DNA of 63,807 nt, the filler included, from Choristocarpus tenellus KU-1152 (Eukaryota > Protista > Phaeophyceae), in NCBI GenBank assembly GCA_964200185.2. It is 11 parts of 11 records of this genome, joined end to end, with 100 filler letters (N's around TTAATTAATTAA, not from the genome) between each part and the next. Parts side by side here need not be neighbours in the genome. Positions count along the whole stretch, not along the records: positions 31,530 to 44,179 come from CAXNAD020001754.1; positions 44,280 to 47,713 come from CAXNAD020020055.1; positions 47,814 to 51,084 come from CAXNAD020021138.1; 8 more parts are not named here. One strand, 5' to 3'. Of the stretch, positions 36,001-49,442 are shown piece by piece (the first letter of the stretch is position 1; each line of letters begins with the position of its first letter). The notes beneath the pieces are model-generated. The model saw only the letters and a list, made by a program, of their open reading frames with translations, was not told the origin of the DNA and did no database searches. Position numbers and translations under genes: made by a program.

Positions 36001-39000
36001 TCGTGGTATTATTATGTCGTTATGTGTGATACATGTTTACTACACTTGTTAATAGTGTACTAGTATATGATGTGTGATACATGTTTACTACACTTGTTAA
36101 TAGTGCACTAGTATATGATGTGTGATACATGTTTACTACACTTTTTAATAGTGTACTAGTATATGATGTGTGATACATTTTTACTACACTTGTTAATAGT
36201 GTACTAGTATATGGTTGAGGAATTTTGAGGTGGCGGAGTAGATGACTTAGTAGATGATTTAGTAGATGGGATGATTCATGTTTTGCGTTGGGCACAGTCA
36301 CAGAAAGGTCCTTGCATAGGCAGGATTACCATTATCACTGTGCTGCTAACATTACCCCTCTACCGTACTACATTATGATACTACATTATATTATATGTTG
36401 ATTAAGCCCAGTAATGCAATCAATACCTTTTGAAACAGTATTTGAGCTTTGATATAGTGGAACAATTACTACCACAAGTTTGTTGTCAAAAAAATATTCT
36501 GAACACCTATTATAGTACAAATTTGCGTTGTGGGGTAGGTCTCCCAGATTAAGAAAGAACTTCAATGAAATGGCTTGATTAGCTGCAACCCTCCAAAGTA
36601 TTGTTGTGAGTGACTGGAAATATGTACGGAAGTACAAGAATATGAAGAATGAAATGGGAGATCCAAGTTTTACACGAGAAATGATGCCCTCCACCAATGA
36701 GATACCTTGCAGAGTGTGTTGACCAATGAGATGTCTCTCTCCTCCTCCCTCTCTTTGCACAAGTTATTTTTAGAATGACTTGTCAGATCCAGTGTCTCTG
36801 ATAATGTCGAGAAACCACCTATTAGAATCTAAATCTAATTCTATTGAAATGAAACTACTAATATGAAGGCTCTTCAGCATTTAAAATATTTAAGTATACT
36901 TATTTTTGTTAATGTACATGTTTTTTTCTCTTCCTACAGTGGCTGTGTTATTAATGTTAATATTAATGTTAATATCAACAGATGAAGTGATCATGGGAAT
37001 TGAAAGGTCTGACCCACCCCATTTTTAACATGGGGAATCCAACGGTCACCTTTTCATACAGTGATTTCTAACACAGAATATAAATAGTTGTGTGAAGTGG
37101 GTAGGAACAGTTCAGTTCTAATATATCCCCTAGGTATATTTTCTGTTACTGAAACTATAACCCTAATTCACTTGTTTCAAATGGTAGTTGGCATCAGTTG
37201 ACCCAGTGATCATTTTGGAAGGTGGCTTCCACAACCCACGCAAGGGTTATATTGACATAGTATGTCAATATTGTATATTGGCACATTATATTGACACATT
37301 ATATTGACATAGGCCTATGTTTATTGTTTTCATATAATTGCTTCAGACCCAGGGGATCGTATGTGGCCTCACCCCATCCATGGACAAAATACACTTAATA
37401 TGTGTTTTAGAATCTCAAGTTCTTTTGCGCATGCTTCATATAGTTTTTTCTAGTGCTTGTTGTATTTTACTTTACTGTACAAATGACATAATAACCATAA
37501 ACCTGTAACCCTCAGTCGTTCTCAATGTGTGATAGTATTGCTTGCATACCAGCCTTCCCAGTAACCATCCAGTCCCTCTGTGGCACCCTTGTGTTGGATG
37601 ACTTCTTACATACCTCTTCTTACATACCAGCGGCTCCAGTACAAGCCACTTCTTACGTTCCTCCTCCAGGAACAACTGCAAACATGATGATGCTGATGAA
37701 CCCATTGTTGCGAGGGGGAGGGGGGATGGTGGACCCCCGTTCAGGATCCCAAGTAGAGGCTAACACAGTGTTGGGACAGCTGCTTCGTATTGGTAAGGAG
37801 GATTTACCATCTTTGGCTTCTTGCTTTTGATGGTAGACTGACTGCGTGGCTCTGTACCACTGGAGGCGTTTTTCTCTGTGTACCCCGGTATAGTAGATGA
37901 GGGATGCTTATTGGAGGGTTACGTTATTGTTTACTGTCTGGGGATAGGTAGTAGATATATAGTAGATATGTAGTACTTTTCTTTTATGCCAATATGTCAA
38001 ATGAAGTAGCCAGAGGCTATTTAGAGACACCTTTATCAGAACTTTTTATTTGGTAGTATTAACACTTTGATTTGAAGCATCTTGAGGGTTTAGTGCTTTT
38101 GAAGCATGACTGAAGCTTTGATTATGTTTGTGTGTTTTATGGATGTCGTGCCAGATACCTGTTGTTAAGGGCTATTCCCCAGAAAGGGGCCCTTACAAAC
38201 ATTTGAGATCATCTCATGTATGTTCTGTGTAGAGCAAAGTAATTCCTGCCCATCCATCCATCCACCCATCCACCCAACCATCCATCCAACCATCCATCTG
38301 TTTGTTTGTGTGTCCATCTGTATGGGCCAGCACTGTATCTGTAGATAATGTTTTCTCTTTGTGAGTTGTCTCAAGTTTGAGTCCTATTGGAGTGTACTTA
38401 AGTTAAAACATATAACTAGAAATGGGCAGTTTGCAAATGGAAGAGAGTGTATTTATACTCAGGTAAAACAAAAACTAGTACGATGTCAACTAGTACGATG
38501 TCATGTTTTCATGTAGAAAACGAAGACTTCTCTACCTCCAAGATCTTGCTTGTTCAATCCTCTGTCTGGTATTGAACCAAATTCAGACCATATCAATAAA
38601 TTGGAGGAGTGACCCACACTTGACATGGAAGCAACGTCTATGGAGTGAGTGGGTGAGGTAGGGTAGACAATTACTGTACCTGGTAGACATAGCATAGTTT
38701 GTACATTTGTAGGTCACATATAGACGCCACACTTTCACTTCACAACATAATTGTAGTAATCTCCCTTAAGGAGTTGTGCCATGCTCCATCCTCTCCTCTC
38801 CTCTCCTCTCCTCTCCTCTCTTCCCATCTCTCCTCCAGTCGTGTCTGATGTGTAACCTCTGAGTGGTTCAGTCCCTCCCAAAGGGGCCTTGTCTTGAATA
38901 TGATACAGGATAACAGTTGTTTAATTGTGTACAGTTGATGGATTGTCAAGGTAACTAGTAATATTGATAAGTCAACATTCTTAGAAAAAAGGTGTTTCAT

Positions 39001-42000
39001 TAAAATTGTATGTCTTTGAAGACTTGCAGGACTCTTCTTGCGGTGAGTATTATACTTTGTAGCATGTAATAGACAAACTTTGAAGTATATGTTTTTCTCA
39101 CAGGTTATTATTGTTATTATTATTATTATTACTATTATAGTTATTATCACTACTGCTACTAGTCTGCTTTCTGTGATTCTGTTGTTTTTGTTGAGTTAAT
39201 GGTCATGTATTTAATTAGGTTATTATTGTTATTATTATTATTACTATTTTAGTTAATATCACTGCTGCTACTAGCATGCCTGTGGATATTTTATTTATAC
39301 TTCATTGGTGCATATAGTCCCACTCAGGGCTGACATGAACAGCAAGCAGTGATAGGGAAAATGAGATGCATCTATTTCATGTGCTGACTTTATCTTCTCT
39401 TTTTTATTTTATTTGGTACAGCTTTTTGTTTATTATTATTATTATTTATTATTATTATTGCAAATAAAGAGAAACTTCTAAATTTCTCATTTGAAGTGAA
39501 AACACTATTGTGGGCTGAGTTAACTTAGTGGTTCTCTATATCCTTTTTTTTCTCTTTAGAGATGCATGACTCTAGTCCACCAACAAAAAGCATTGTCCTT
39601 GGCAAGGTAGGTATCTGGGTAGTGATCCTTGTAGGTTTTGTGACATGTTTGTGTGATGCGTGCTGTTGTCAAATGTTTGTGATTTTTACATACTATTATA
39701 GGCATTAGAAAAAATATAGTGAATTTTGACTGATAACTGCCAGTGACCTTCACTTTGTGCAATTTTATACTCCAAGTATATATATATACGTATACAGTAG
39801 GATTTTTAGATGTGTGTATTTTATATGACAGTTAAAACAATTACAAATCAAACAATTTCACCTCTAGTGGCAGATGTACCTATCTTTATTGTGGTAATGT
39901 TTTTTGAAATTGTATCCTTAACTCTACATCCACCGTTACTCCTGTCTAGTACACTACACTATTGACACCAATCAGATAGCCACTCCGCTATTATTCTTTT
40001 CATCAGATTATCAGTGATAATGCACAAAATCGTTCCTGACATGTTGAAGTGTGCTAACCACTGACTCTCTTTTGTAACGCCTCCATTTGCAATTGACTGT
40101 TGTGGATTTTCTTGAAGGGTTTCCATCAGATGATAGTATGGTGAAGGAGTCTTTTGACAACCCTCTACGAAGGAGTATACAGGATACACAAGCCAAGACA
40201 CAGGCGCTGCAAATGCAGATGCGGGTTCTCCATGGGGCTGTGTTCGACTTGCTGAATGTTTTCCTGAAGACCTCCCCACAGGTGTTGGCCAGTGTGTTGG
40301 TTATTAGTTGGGGTTGTAGAGGTTCCAGGGTGAAGGGGAGAGGAATCTAAATTAAAACCTGGAAATTTGGATGAGGTTGGTAAGTTTTTTCTTGTTTTTT
40401 GAACCGACTTTTAGTGTACTACCTTTAGTGTACTACCTTTAGTGTACTATTTTTAGTGTACTACTTTTAGTGTACTACTTTTAGTGTACTATCTTTAGTG
40501 TACTACCTTTAGTGTACTGCAGACTTACTCCTTTCTTTTAATGTGAGAAATGAGAAATGAATGTATAAATAAACACTGTTATTATATGCAGCATGAAACA
40601 TGATATGATGATGTGTGTGGACAGTCGGACTGAATGTTACAAAACTAGTTGAAGTATGATGTTTTCGAGTAGCAAGGTGTTCATGAGGTGGTCAGTGAGT
40701 TTGTCATGTTGGAGTGGGTGTAACAACATGGCTTGCTTAAATGGTGCCTTTAAATCTGTTGCTTCATCTGTGGGTGAGATTGAAGTTTGTTGCCCTTGTA
40801 TTGAAGTTTGTCACATGAGAAGAAATACTGCAGCATATCACAGACATTATACCTCCTACATGCCATACTGTTTGCATTATTGATGTTCCCATGAGGTTTT
40901 TTGAGTTATTGAATATAATCAAAGTTGAAGGGGGTTTTTTGTCATTTTTATGTGTTTGGTGTGGATTGTGATGTTGAAATTGTTCTTGTAACTTAGAATA
41001 TTTCTTATTTTAATTTGTCGTTTCTGTGAAAGGCATTTTGAATATATGCACTTGGTTATAGGGTCAGGGTTAGGGTTTATTTGTGTGAAGACCAGGAAAG
41101 AGTTTCTTTTATCCTTAGCCCTAAACTAACTGTAGGTATTGGTGCTATTGGGAATCTAAGCTTCATCTTTCATTATCCTAGTACACCATGGGCTTACAGA
41201 ATCCTTGTACTGGGTCAGTATTGGTTATACTGGACAAGGCGATGTTCATACTAGTACATAAATATTCATGTGCATATATGCACATATGTGTTCATCTTGT
41301 ATACTATATCTTCTACAATATGTGGTAGATATTTTATATTGAAGTGCACTTCAAAAATATGAGAGAAGATCAGTTGTTGAATTTGTGATACCAGCAGCAG
41401 TCTGTTTCTGATTTTAAAGTAATAATAATAATAATTGCAGTAATAATGACAATAAAATATGATCCAGATATAACTCTGCATAAACTCGTCTTTTTTCCAT
41501 TATTGGTACAGTAGTATGGTACTACTTTGTGTGGAGGGTTTACTACTCCCTTTCATGTGTTGATGTTGTAGGTATGAGGTGTTAGTAGCACCTGGGTCTC
41601 AAAAATTCTTCAACAATTGCCCTTGCTCTTGTTGATCCCCCTGTATACTCAATTATGCCCTTTTGAAGATCGCCACTTGTTTGTTCTATGTTGATGTGTG
41701 TTGATTGTTTATAATGTGTTGATAGGTGTTGATTGTTGTTGATGTGTTGATAGGTATTGACTGCTGTTGGTTGTTGTTGTTGACTCGTATGGATGGGCGT
41801 TGATGGTTATATTCTATGTTGATGTGTGTTGATTGTTTTTAATATGTTGATAGGTGTTGATTGTTATTGATGTGTTGATAGGTATCGACTGCTGTTGGTT
41901 GTTGTTGTTGACTTGTATGGATGGGCGTTGATGGTTATATTTTGTTACTGGATGTTGGTGGGTGTTGATCAATCTAAGTGAACTTGAATTAATTATGTAT

Positions 42001-42328
42001 ATGGTACAAAGCTATTTTTTGTTTTTCTATATTCACGATAATCTTGCTCTCTATATTTCTGTAAATTTTGGAACTACAATCTTTTGTGCTTTCTGACCCC
42101 TTTTCATGTCAGTGCCCCTTACAGTCCGTCCTCTTTGTTGCTCTTCACTGACAGCTGCGGAAGGCGGTAGTGGCCTGGTTTGCAGATGCATTGTTGGTGA
42201 ACAAATTGGCGGAGGCATTTCACCCAGACCCTATCAAGACATCCAGTGATGTCTTTCTCATGAACCTCAATGTGGCGTTGCTTAGGTTGGCCATGCCTGT
42301 TATCAATGATCCCACCAAACTCAAGAAG
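33089..42328 (+). CDS. UFD2: Ubiquitin conjugation factor E4 (UFD2/UBE4) core domain, six internal exons; partial at both ends
   Basis: Exons 33089-33179, 33821-33915, 35534-35642, 37631-37792, 40118-40281 and 42155-42328 all have GT-AG borders and consistent phases. They encode [27 protein letters not shown] and [20 protein letters not shown], matching Ufd2P core motifs. Confidence 0.85.
34451..34565. repeat. ~22-bp minisatellite (ATAGATACATAGACAGATATTR)
   Basis: About five units. Confidence 0.85.
36022..36213. repeat. 48-bp minisatellite x4
   Basis: ATGTGTGATACATGTTTACTACACTTGTTAATAGTGTACTAGTATATG, near-perfect head-to-tail copies. Confidence 0.95.
40410..40518. repeat. ~14-bp minisatellite (TTTAGTGTACTACY)
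   Basis: About 7-8 units. Confidence 0.9.
41684..41940. repeat. 128-bp tandem duplication
   Basis: Units start at 41684 and 41812, with few mismatches. Confidence 0.9.
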
Positions 42329-43934
42329 GTATTACTCCTGCTCATAACATAACATTTGTTCTTTTATTGGAGTATGAAACAATACATACAAAGAAAGCAG
42401 TGATACTTTAATGCCAATCTTTGCTGATTAGAGTGTCTTTCATTTTTTAATACTGTTTGCTATTGTTGTGCTAGAGGACTTGGGTCTACTTATATCCTAT
42501 TGGTTTGGTTTGACTAGCTTCATGGTGGGTGTACTGTGTTGTGTTGACAAGTCTTATCAATATATGCATGGCCTTGTTGAGTGTATCCTCAATCCTCAAT
42601 CCTCACTAACACTTTCCAAATATAGGTATCAGTCCATGCCATGCTCTTAGCTGTGGCTTCATCCGAAAATTCTTTGAATACCTATGCTCTACATGACCCA
42701 GGCTTGTCCTTGTCCTTGGTACTATTACTAGTATCTTGAACTGAATTGAATTTGTAGCCTCGCTTTTGAGCATAGCAACATAGCAACATTGGAGATGGGT
42801 AGAGTATGTTAGTACTGTGAACCCGATGGTAGTGATGCTTGAGAGGTTTACTTTGTAATTCCAGTGATTACACCTCATACTGCTGTAGGGGCCCATCGAG
42901 CCCCTCCTATGTTGTCGACAGCAATCTCTATTTTCAGGGAAAATTCTCAGCCCGCCACATTTTTGGGTGTAATTACTTCCCTATTTCCTTAGGTAAGTTA
43001 TTTATTGAATCTTTCTTACTTTGTAGCTTGTACTGTTCACATTGTGAGTCTTGTACATGTGCGATCAATGTTTCTTGTTCTTTCTGGTATAATATAATAG
43101 TATAATATAGTACAATATGGTATAGTACAGTATAGTACATCATAGTATGGCATATGTTGTATACTGCTTGTACTTCTATATGTATTGCCAGAGCTTTTCT
43201 GTCAAGGTCCAATGAGGTGATTGACAATGAAGTAACTCTGAAATAGTTTCAATGACTTGTCCACTGGTTCATGAAGCCAATGTAAATAGTTACTTTTTAT
43301 TATTTACTAAATTGTTTGAAAGCGAGTCAAGATCACCGTGAAAAAATAAACTGTATTAATACATGACATGATCTGTATTTCACTCAATGGCTAGGGTTAG
43401 GGTTGGCTTAAGTGTTCCCTGTCCACATCCGAAACTGACATGTCATTTGTCAATGGTCTGTGCTCTCCTTGCAAATTATTGATGATCCCAAGTATGCTGT
43501 TTCTTTTTAGAGTGTCAATTATTGACAGTGTCAGACACAGTGTACGAGTGTTGTTTTGTTCATTGGTTGACTTATTTGACTTATTTGTTGTATATACTTA
43601 CATCCCACTTGAAAAGCAACAACATGCTTGTGCATTTGTCTGTGCCTATATCTTTTCATTTCATGTAAAGTTGTCTGTGTACTAACAGCACAAGCCTTGA
43701 CCCTGTCTGGGTTGAGGATTGGTTTCAGTCAGCGTAGAGAATAAATGAAAGACAGATTGAATGTGGTCTGTATGCTGTGCTTTTGTGGGATCCTGTTATC
43801 TATATTGTATGAATCTCACTGGTGTGTGCTGAATATTTAGTATTTTTATATTTATTGCCCATTGCCTAGTATACTAATAGTCCATTTTCCCATTGCTATT
43901 AATAGTGTACATATTCTGAGTTCTCAGCTGAGGT

Positions 43935-44123
43935 GTGTATGGTGTTGATATGTGTTTTGACTGTATGTTGTTGATATGTGTTTTGAGTGTATGGTGTTGA
44001 TATGTGTTTTGACTGTATGTTGTTGATATGTGTTTTGACTGTATGTTGTTGATATGTGTTTTGACTGTATGGTGTTGATATGTGTTTTGACTGTATGGTG
44101 TTGATATATGTTTTGACTGTATG
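43935..44123. repeat. 26-bp minisatellite x~7
   Basis: CTGTATGKTGTTGATATGTGTTTTGA units. Confidence 0.9.
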
Positions 44124-44456
44124 TGCAGAGGTGTTGGGATATTGTTGATGATACCATCTACTTTTGTAGCCTGGAGATGNNNNNNNNNNNNNNNNNNNNN
44201 NNNNNNNNNNNNNNNNNNNNNNNTTAATTAATTAANNNNNNNNNNNNNNNNNNNNNNNNNNNNNNNNNNNNNNNNNNNNTATGCAACCAAATAACCCAAA
44301 AATAGCGACATGAAAAAAATTGACCCCAAATGGACAGCCCCCACCCCCTCCCAGATAATTTGAGCGATCACTATACTCCTCTTCCATAGGAGTGCCCAGT
44401 GGATTAGACTCCCATCCATTTCGGAATGAGCATGGTGTCATTGACACTTGTTGAGA

Positions 44457-46465
44457 TGTTTCACACTGGACCCGCGGCTTTGGTGCTTTGATGAAAGACG
44501 GTGAATAGCTTGATGTAGATACGCAAAGTTAATACTACAAGGGGCTTGAGGTCTCGATTCCGCTGACTGAGTACGTGGGTGAATCTAGCCTAGACAACCA
44601 TTACTATTTCTATAGTGTGGGGTTTGCAATCGTCCACACTATGTTACCATCAATCACTTATTTACTTGTCTGAAGTATAGAAAGTATAACTTGAAATTGA
44701 GACAAAGATATCTGAACAATATGAGTCAGTACAAATAATATATCTGTCACTGGCTCTCCATCTTAACACATTATCCACCGGTGGTGTCTATGTGTATCAG
44801 CAGCACTATCTACGAACACTCTCCCTTGCTGCACAGACACTATACGCTCTGAGAATCTACTTCTCTCAAACTTGGAGATAGAAACAAACTTCTGCTAACT
44901 CTCTCAAAAACAATGCCACAAATATAACTTAACATCGATGTTGATGTTGGGTCTGTGCAGGTACTAAAAATCAGTCATCAATCTAACCTTTGTCCTACTA
45001 CAGTCTCACTTGGAAATATTATCGCGTACTTTCTCCTGCAGGTCCTTAGCAATGCCAAGCTGCGTCTCCCACAATCCATGAAATGGCAGGGTCCTTAGTT
45101 GCATATTGCGTCTCCTACAATCAACAACATCTCCCTTAGTACATCACCACTACCAATCTCCGGAAAAGGTAATATGGTGGAGCTGTCACTTCCTACCTGT
45201 CCTATGACAATATCTACAAACACATCCTGGGGTGTTTTCTACTGTGAGTCCTTAGCCATACAAAAATGCATCTCCCACGATCCACAAAATATCCCTAGTG
45301 CCACGCCTAAAGTGAAGCCTTGGAAAAGAGTAGTAGTAAACAATTGACTCATCACTGAAATACCTACCATACACACAAACGAGGAAAACCTCTCCCTAAC
45401 ATTAATAGCTCTTATATCTAAAGTCAGTCTGCATATAACATCACAGCTGTCACTTGACTACTGTGGGCATGCACCAAAAATACACGACAGATGGGAGACA
45501 AACTCAAAATATTTGGAAAAATAAACACAAGGGAAGACAGTCGCAAGGGATAATGTTCTCTGTCACCGAAATAAGAGCTCCTGATGAAGCCTTCCAACCT
45601 TTCCAGCCTCGAACTGATGTCTTTCACCTCTCAAGATTCGGTTTGGGGAAGAGTTGTGGTCAATACCATATTCGATCCCTCCTTAACCCCCCTTCCATAA
45701 GGTCTTCCTGTGCTCTCGCTGGCTCGAACAGTCAGGGGATATTCGCTCACCTCGTGACTTAACCCTATGCATCATATGCATCTTCTACCTTGGTCGTCAT
45801 CTCCCCCCAGTCTTGTAGCCCGATCGAGGTCGGGGCAGTCGCACTTCCAGTGGCTATCTTTGCCACACATAAAACAGAATACCCGGCCCTTTCCCTGACC
45901 CTTTCTACCAGCTGTCCCCCTTCCCGCGCTCAAAACCAGAGTATGGCAGTTCCCTTCACCACTTGAAGAACTTGACAAACTCCATGCTGGAAGCCTCTAC
46001 TTGATGGGGTTGCCAGCAGATGTCTTGTACACAATACCTTGCTCACTACTAGCCTTGTCGATCAGCACAACATCCCAGGAACAATCAATCCGCTACGTGA
46101 CGCATTGAAATTTCCACACTGGACCCGCGGCTTTGGTGCTTTGATGAAAGACGGTGAATAGATTGATGTAGATATGCAAAGTTAATTCAAGGGGCTTGTG
46201 GTCTCGATTCCGCTGACTGAGTACGTGGATGAAACTAGCCTAGACGACCATTACTATTTCTATAGTGTGGGGTTTGCAATAGTCCACACTAATTTACCAT
46301 CAATCACTTATTTACTTGTCTTAAGTATTGAAAGTATATCTTGAACTTGACACAAAGATATCTGGACACTATAAGTACAAATAATATATCTGTCACTGGC
46401 TTTCCATCCTAATACATTATCCACCGGTGGTGTCTATGTGTATCAGCAGCACTATCTACGAACCA
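44457..46465 (-). mobile_element. Non-autonomous (internally deleted) LTR retrotransposon, ~2.0 kb
   Basis: Two ~360 bp direct repeats (46106-46465 and 44457-44818) with TG..CA ends on the minus strand. PPT CAAGGGAGAG abuts the 3' LTR, PBS-like TGCGTCACGTAGCGGA follows the 5' LTR, and a Gag zinc knuckle CFMCGKDSHWKCDC lies at ~45840-45880. Confidence 0.85.
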
Positions 46466-46627
46466 CACTATCGTAGGGAGTGGTGCAAGCGTCGGAGATA
46501 GACACGAATCACACCACTTGCTCCTCAGGCATCGTTTATTGCCTGTATGAGTGTCACTAAGCATTTTTCTTTGCCCTTAGTTCAACCAAGCTAGTACGAT
46601 ATTAATCAAACTTGGTTTAACAGTTCT

Positions 46628-47589
46628 TTGTGCAGATACCCATCTACGCCAAAACCTTCATTGTTTTCGTCACAAAGGGTTTGCCTATCTGGCACTATTA
46701 AAGATCAAGAGGACAATGACTTAACCATTGACACAGCAAGTGATGTACCATGCATTTCAGAAATAATTGTTCGCAATCACCCTCAACTCAAATGTTTCCA
46801 TGTGCACCCTTTCCCACCTGGTGACATAAACCTACTTCTAATGGTTCACCACGGCATATTCTTGGATTTATTCGTCTAGCACTGGCACTTGGTGACGTGG
46901 CATTGCCCGTTAAAGCTTTAGTGATTCCACAACTTGGTCCCAATAAAATTCTGCTTGATAATAGTGTCATGCAGGCGTTGGTGCAATCCATGATTGACAA
47001 GAACAACGTCTCTCGTTCCACAGCAGCTTGTGTACCATTCCAGCAAGACATCACATGACAGGGAGCCCCACACAACAAGTACGTGATACAACTACCACTC
47101 CTTCGTGCTCTGTAGCGAGTGTGCAACACGATTTTGACCCTGTACCCCTTCGTGTACGTAGACAATACAACACACCAGCTGGTTTTGAAATCATTGTCCG
47201 TTGTACAACTGCGGTTAGTCCATCTATTGATACTGCTGTTGTAGTGGAGTCAATCACACATTCCTTACCTGGTATAGATCAAACAAATGAACATACACGT
47301 CCATGGAATCGTATGGAACTCCTCGCACCCTTAGAACTTGGCCAGCAAGTACTAGATATCAGTGTTGGTTCAATTGGCAAACCCAACTGCATGTGGGGTC
47401 CGTATCAAGAGGTATCTTGTGATTGGTCACTTAATCCCAATTATTGATCAGATACCACTCACTGTAAGTGCTCTAAATACCAATTCTACCTCGTTCAGTA
47501 AAGCTAGAGAGGAGTTATGTCAAGCTTTCAGTAAGATAAATGTTTTCAAAATACCACACTCAATCAGTCACAAGTGTCCCAACTCTTAG
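46628..47589 (+). pseudogene. Decayed Ty3/gypsy pol fragment (aspartic protease region)
   Basis: LTIDTASDVPCIS resembles the retropepsin D[T/S]G motif. After a frameshift follows ILGFIRLALALG...ALVIPQLGPNKILLD, typical of the protease C-terminal half. Multiple frameshifts. Confidence 0.7.
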
Positions 47590-49442
47590 ACCTCTATGCT
47601 CGTTATAGATTGGTATTTTCGTTGAATGCAGCAGAAATGGGCAAATAACAGCCGATTTCAAAAATTGAGGATGGAGCTTTTCATTGAGGATGGGCTTGAC
47701 CCAAAATTGACTGNNNNNNNNNNNNNNNNNNNNNNNNNNNNNNNNNNNNNNNNNNNNTTAATTAATTAANNNNNNNNNNNNNNNNNNNNNNNNNNNNNNN
47801 NNNNNNNNNNNNNCCCCCCCTCCCAGATATCATGTGTACGTACACAGCCATGAAAGAATATGCTAGAACTTAAATATATATATATATATTTGACACAGCA
47901 AGGTTTGAGCAACACTGTGTTACGGAAATGTTACCTTGTTGAGGGTGTGGATGAGGTAGTAACCCAAGTGGTAAATGGAAGAGAACCAAAGGGGTTTAGC
48001 CGGAGAGGGACTGTGAAGGCGTGCCTGCAACATACTGTGTCCATGACTTCTGCCAAGTCATATCATGTGCCTAATTAGCTGGAAACACCAGGCTGATGCG
48101 CCAGGCGGGGCCTGATAGACATTATGGATCCTTTGAACATTTCTGGATCACGCGTATGTGTGTGTGGTGCTGTCACACCAGAATCGCGAAAGTTATCCAA
48201 AAAAGGGATAGAGGAAGTATTGAGATGACCACAACAGCAAGGGGATAGTCACAGAGTCTGATGTCACAACTGTATTTTCCGTAAGTATGCTATATTCATT
48301 TTTTGGTGCGGAACCGCCACATAATACTAAAATTATGACTTTTAATCCCTTGTTCAAACAGATACTGATTGGAACATGTCCAAAGTAGGTGTTCACGAAA
48401 TGATGTATAGGGGAAAAATAATTTAAAGCACCTTCAAATTAATTATAAAAGTAATGCACTTTAAGAGGAGTCAATGAGCACAGACTGTGGAAACCACCAT
48501 GCAGCAAGCAGCAAGCACTTCTCTCTAAGCTACCCCCAAATAAATCTACGTAACATCAAGTAAAACATTCAATTTCCAAGAAAATACTTAGCGCTGTCTG
48601 TCTACATGATCGCCGCCCCTACACTGGGGGAAATTGGTACTGATACAGAGAAAGCCGGTAGAGCCTGCCTCCTCAACTGGATTTCACCACGAGTTCAGCA
48701 TATAGCATTGCACCAGATGTACAACAGTAACCTGCTGAGAGAGGGCTGACTAGTCCTCATTAGAATATACAGATCCAAGCATCAAAACAGAAGAGAGGGA
48801 GTTTGGGGGGGTAATGCAGGCATCACACTCTCTCCTCGCTAGTGGCACCTGGGTCTTGTGTACAGGAGACTATCTCAAACTACCACCCTCTGCTACAATA
48901 TTGATCAGGCCTCAACTTGTCTATCCCCCAGCTACTTTGGATACTGAAAATCTAGCTTGCACTAGGTCATGCTTTGTTTAACCATTACCCCTCTCTACTC
49001 TCCAATCCTGCACTGTTCCAACCCCTACCTCCCTCTGATCCCCCTTGCAACGCCGTTCCATCAACACGATCAAATCGTGCCCTACCTACCCCTACCAGAA
49101 CCCTGTCGCATCTACTGCCTTGATGCATTAAAAGAACAACGGTGGAGTACGCAAAGCACAAAATATATTCTCTGTACAATTTACTCCCCCATACAACAGG
49201 TCTGGATCTACAAATACGGGGCGCTCCAGCAACAACCCCTCTCCCTCTCCCGCTGAACATGTTCCTTATCTACGGTTGTCCTCCAAACGCCAGATAGAAA
49301 AAATATACTGTTTTGGCAAAATAGTACATAGCACAGCAGCTTCGAAACTGTCACAGATATTGCCCCTTCCACTAGCACAACCTCCCATCATTGGGGATGT
49401 CCCACCTCCCAGCCCAATAAATCATATCCCTCACTCCCACTC

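Noticed and set aside
36022-36213. CRISPR-like periodic repeats (also 43935-44123 and 56501-56608)
   Set aside because: Head-to-tail units with no unique spacers, in eukaryotic intronic or intergenic context.
38555-38600. B-box-like GGTTCAATACC (tRNA/SINE) on the minus strand
   Set aside because: No A box or cloverleaf could be formed.
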